A stretch of DNA of 64,000 nucleotides from NCBI GenBank assembly GCA_010405405.1, contig MU004240.1:1436814-1500813 (forward strand), in the 5' to 3' direction. Source of the stretch: Microthyrium microscopicum. Taxonomy: Eukaryota. The notes beneath the pieces were generated by a model. It ran no database searches. It was given only the letters and a program-made list of their open reading frames with translations, and had not been told where the DNA came from. Of the stretch, positions 60,972-64,000 are shown one piece after another (within the stretch, counting starts at the first letter, position 1; every line of letters begins with the position of its first letter). Both the position numbers and the translations under genes were made by a program.

Positions 60972-63900
60972 CTACTTCATTTCAAGGTCCTGCTGTTCGC
61001 CGTTGGTAGAGGCAGCGCCGTTACCAGCAAATGGAATGTGCCCCGTTGCGCTAAACGTCGGCATCACCTTTTGCATTTTCGCAACCTCGGATGGCTTCAA
61101 GGGCTTTGAAGGCTGAGTTGTTGTGGTCTCTGCATTCGGTGGCATCCAGTGTAGACCGTTGGAGTATGGATTTGGTGGGAACTGTTGTGCTGGGGTGGAC
61201 TGTTCTATGTCTGCGTTCGGTTGTGCCCATTGGATGGTGCTGTAGGGCTGGTCTGGGGAATGTGTGGTAGAAATGGGCATGGGCTCAGGTTGAGCGGGTG
61301 GATCGTTCACAATGTCCATGGCGTCGCGGGACGGCGGGGCTACTGGTATTGGTTCTACGACTGGATTTGGAGCCGGAGTCGGAGCTGGAGCAAGAGTTAC
61401 TTCCTCTGCTTTGATCGGCACAGTCTTGATTGGCCCTGTAGCAGGTACCTTTGCTTTCTCAGTCTCTGCTTTCGCTTTGGCTCGCTCTCGAAGTGGAACA
61501 CGCTTTGCTGCAGCAGTGCCAGGTGCTGCTGGGCGAGACGTCACAGTCTTTTTGATAAATGTCGGTTTGGCACCTGCTGATGTTGCCTTTTCGGGCGCGG
61601 CGGAAGGGGATTTCTTTTGCCGTGAAGAATACTCCTGCTGGGATGGAACCTTGATCGTGATGCGCTTAAGACCAGAAACGAGGTTATCCATATCATCATT
61701 GGCTCCCGTAGTCTGCTTTTTCTCTTCCATTGGTGGCACCGACGCGCTTGATGCTCGTGAGGAGTTCGATCGTTTGATCAGACCAGATGGAATGCGCGGC
61801 ACAGGAGGTGGCTTGACGCTGGGTGCTCTTGAAGTGCTTGGAGCTGGACGTGACTTCTTGATATCCAATCCAGTGCCTAGAGACTGTTAGTTTGCGGTAT
61901 CATCTCGAGAATAAGATAGGAACTTACCAGCAGGTTTAGTTGACCGAGCACGAGGTGCAGCAGTGACAGTACTAGCTGTGTATTGTTAGTTTTAATTCAC
62001 AATAGATTATGTTGAGCAATTGAAGCCACTCACCCATGGATGTTGTCGAAGCAATGCTAGTTCTACGTCGCGGTTCCTTCGGCATATCTTCAATGGATGG
62101 CAGTGGTACATCTGCAATGGTCCGTCGCCGATCAGCAGAAGCTTTGCGCGATGTGTCTACAGCATTCGATACACGCGGTTGTCGTTGACGAAGCGCTCGG
62201 CCATTTGTTGTCGGTGCTGCCATTGGAGCAGTAGGCTCTGCGCTCTTCTCCTTCTTGACGCGAATGTCTTTGGGATTTAGTTCAGCCTGGGTACAGCTGC
62301 CGATTTGACGGTTCTGTGGAACGAGGAGACGACAGAGCTCTGAGGCGGCCGTAGCCCAATCGACATCAGGTGGCGGGGGCGAGGCGGCGCGGGATGTAGC
62401 GACAGATGGTGCTCGTGAATTAAAAGAAGTCGAGCGGTAGACCTTGGTATGATCTACGATCTTCATGGCAGAAGCATGAGTTGGAGATGAGTACGTCGCG
62501 AAGCGAGACTTCTTTGGTGCAGCTTTCTCACCACTTGGAGCTGGGTGTAGTAGATCGACGAGTTCGTCAAGATTGCTGCTCTCCCACCATTCAGTGTTGT
62601 ATTTCATGAGAGTCTGCGTAGGTACGCTGTATGCCGGTGTGAGTCCGCTTAAGCCAACCTTTTCTTGCCCAAATCCATTGGTTTCTTCCTGCTTGACAGA
62701 GATCACATCGTTGTCACAAAGACCGCTGATATGACTCAAGACACCGCTGACCAAGGCCTTATCGCTGTAGCCGCCTTCAAGGACGCTAATCACTCTTCCA
62801 TCAACAGCTGTGCCCTCTTCATTGGCGAGTTCGACAATATCGCGAGTGATTCGTGCGTAAAACTCAGTTAGAACCTTGACGGAATGACGTTGCATGTCGC
62901 CGATTTCATGCTCAGACGCATCGAAACCCGCTGAGATGAAAATAGCAGCCTTGGGCGCAGGTTGATTTTTGCCTGTCCGTAGTTCCTGAGTTCGATGTCG
63001 TAAGAAATTACGTGTCTTCTCGAGGATGACTTTGTACTGTGTTTCGTAAAGATGCCAGAACTCTTCGGGTTGTTGCCACTTTTGGAGATGAACGTTCCAG
63101 ATGGCCTGACCATGCGCGTTATCGACGCAAAGACTTGCCATTTGAGTTTTCTCCCGGTCACCAAGTTCACAAGGAAATGAGTTGATATCGTGCAAACTGA
63201 AATATCCTAGGAAGGACTTTTTCGAGTTGGGAAAGTTCTTAGCTTTGGGAAATTGCATACGCTCATTGTGACCCCATGTAATTTCTTGCGATCCGTCGCC
63301 ATGGTGTAAATCGAAATCGATGATCGCGGCGTGTGTCAAACCGTGGTTCTGGATGGCGTGTTGAATACCCACATGGACATTGTTGAGCCAACAAAATCCG
63401 GATGGCCAGTCGGAGGAGCAGTGATGTCCGGGTGGCCTCACGCAAGCAAATGCCTGCGATGGTCCCTTGCCTGAAGCAGTGCCTTGGAATACTGCATCCA
63501 CAGCGTCACAAACCCCACCCAGCGCACCTTCAAATGCTCTTATAGAGTCTTCAGACAGATACAAGTCTCCGGAGTGGAACTGATCTTTTGATTTTCCATT
63601 GACTGGTGGGCGCAATATTTCCACTGCGGCTGCGGCAATCTTTTGGGCTGTTGTATCACACATTCCTTGAAGCTCCTTCATAAGTTCCTTTCCATGAACT
63701 GCAGTAACAACATCCGAGTGCAGCGGAACTTTGCGCGATGATTTAAGGATCCGGAAGGGAATATCGGTCGTAGGCCCTTTTCTAGGGTGCGGCGCATGAC
63801 GACCTCCAGCATGGCGCTCTCCGAGGCGTACATAAGCTGCCGCTATTCCCATCACTCCAGCTTGTAGTCGCTCGGGCCGTTCGAAGATGGACAGAATTGT

Positions 63901-64000
63901 GTTTTTGGTGTTCAGTCGGGAGAACCGATGTCCATAGCAGTCATCATGAATGATTACAACAGTTTTGCAATCCGTCTCTTGATTTGGATCGGCATGAGTC
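60972..64000 (-). CDS. HOS3: Histone deacetylase HOS3/HosB type; 5' end lies outside the window
   Basis: Motifs ERPERL, RPPGHH, GFCWLNN, IIDFDLHHGDGSQ, SLHDINSFPCE, SAGFDASEHE and VLEGGY, then a long Pro/Ser/Lys-rich tail. Introns 61976-62033 and 61877-61927. Confidence 0.93.

Overview
A 64-kb window from a filamentous ascomycete (Pezizomycotina, judged from short 47-113 nt GT-AG introns, gene content and RIP-like mutated repeats). It holds the divergently transcribed fatty acid synthase pair (FAS2/alpha, which runs off the left edge, and FAS1/beta), followed by a small accessory island. In that island two paralogous F-box-like hypothetical genes flank a zinc-metallo phospholipase C-like gene that is fused to a Gly-rich beta-strand domain and interrupted by a single TGA. 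Further right are a flavin-reductase-like gene, a beta-hydroxyacid dehydrogenase, RTT106, an SPX/VTC-like membrane protein, a conserved hypothetical gene, a Ran1/Pat1-type kinase in a long gene-poor region, an integral membrane protein, a NADAR-domain protein, a NIS1-like secreted effector and a HOS3-type histone deacetylase (runs off the right edge). Mobile DNA comprises two MITE-like elements (6247-6656 and 33236-33545) and a nested, RIP-mutated complex at 43569-49579. In that complex a 5.26-kb TA-flanked pogo/Fot1-type DNA transposon is inserted into the first copy of a tandem 373-bp MITE dimer. The most notable observation is that manual reversal of RIP shows this DNA transposon carries a second gene, head-to-head with its transposase. 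It is a full-length LINE (Tad1)-type gag/ORF1-like gene with three zinc knuckles and no reverse transcriptase. All family assignments come from motif recognition by eye, with no database searches run.
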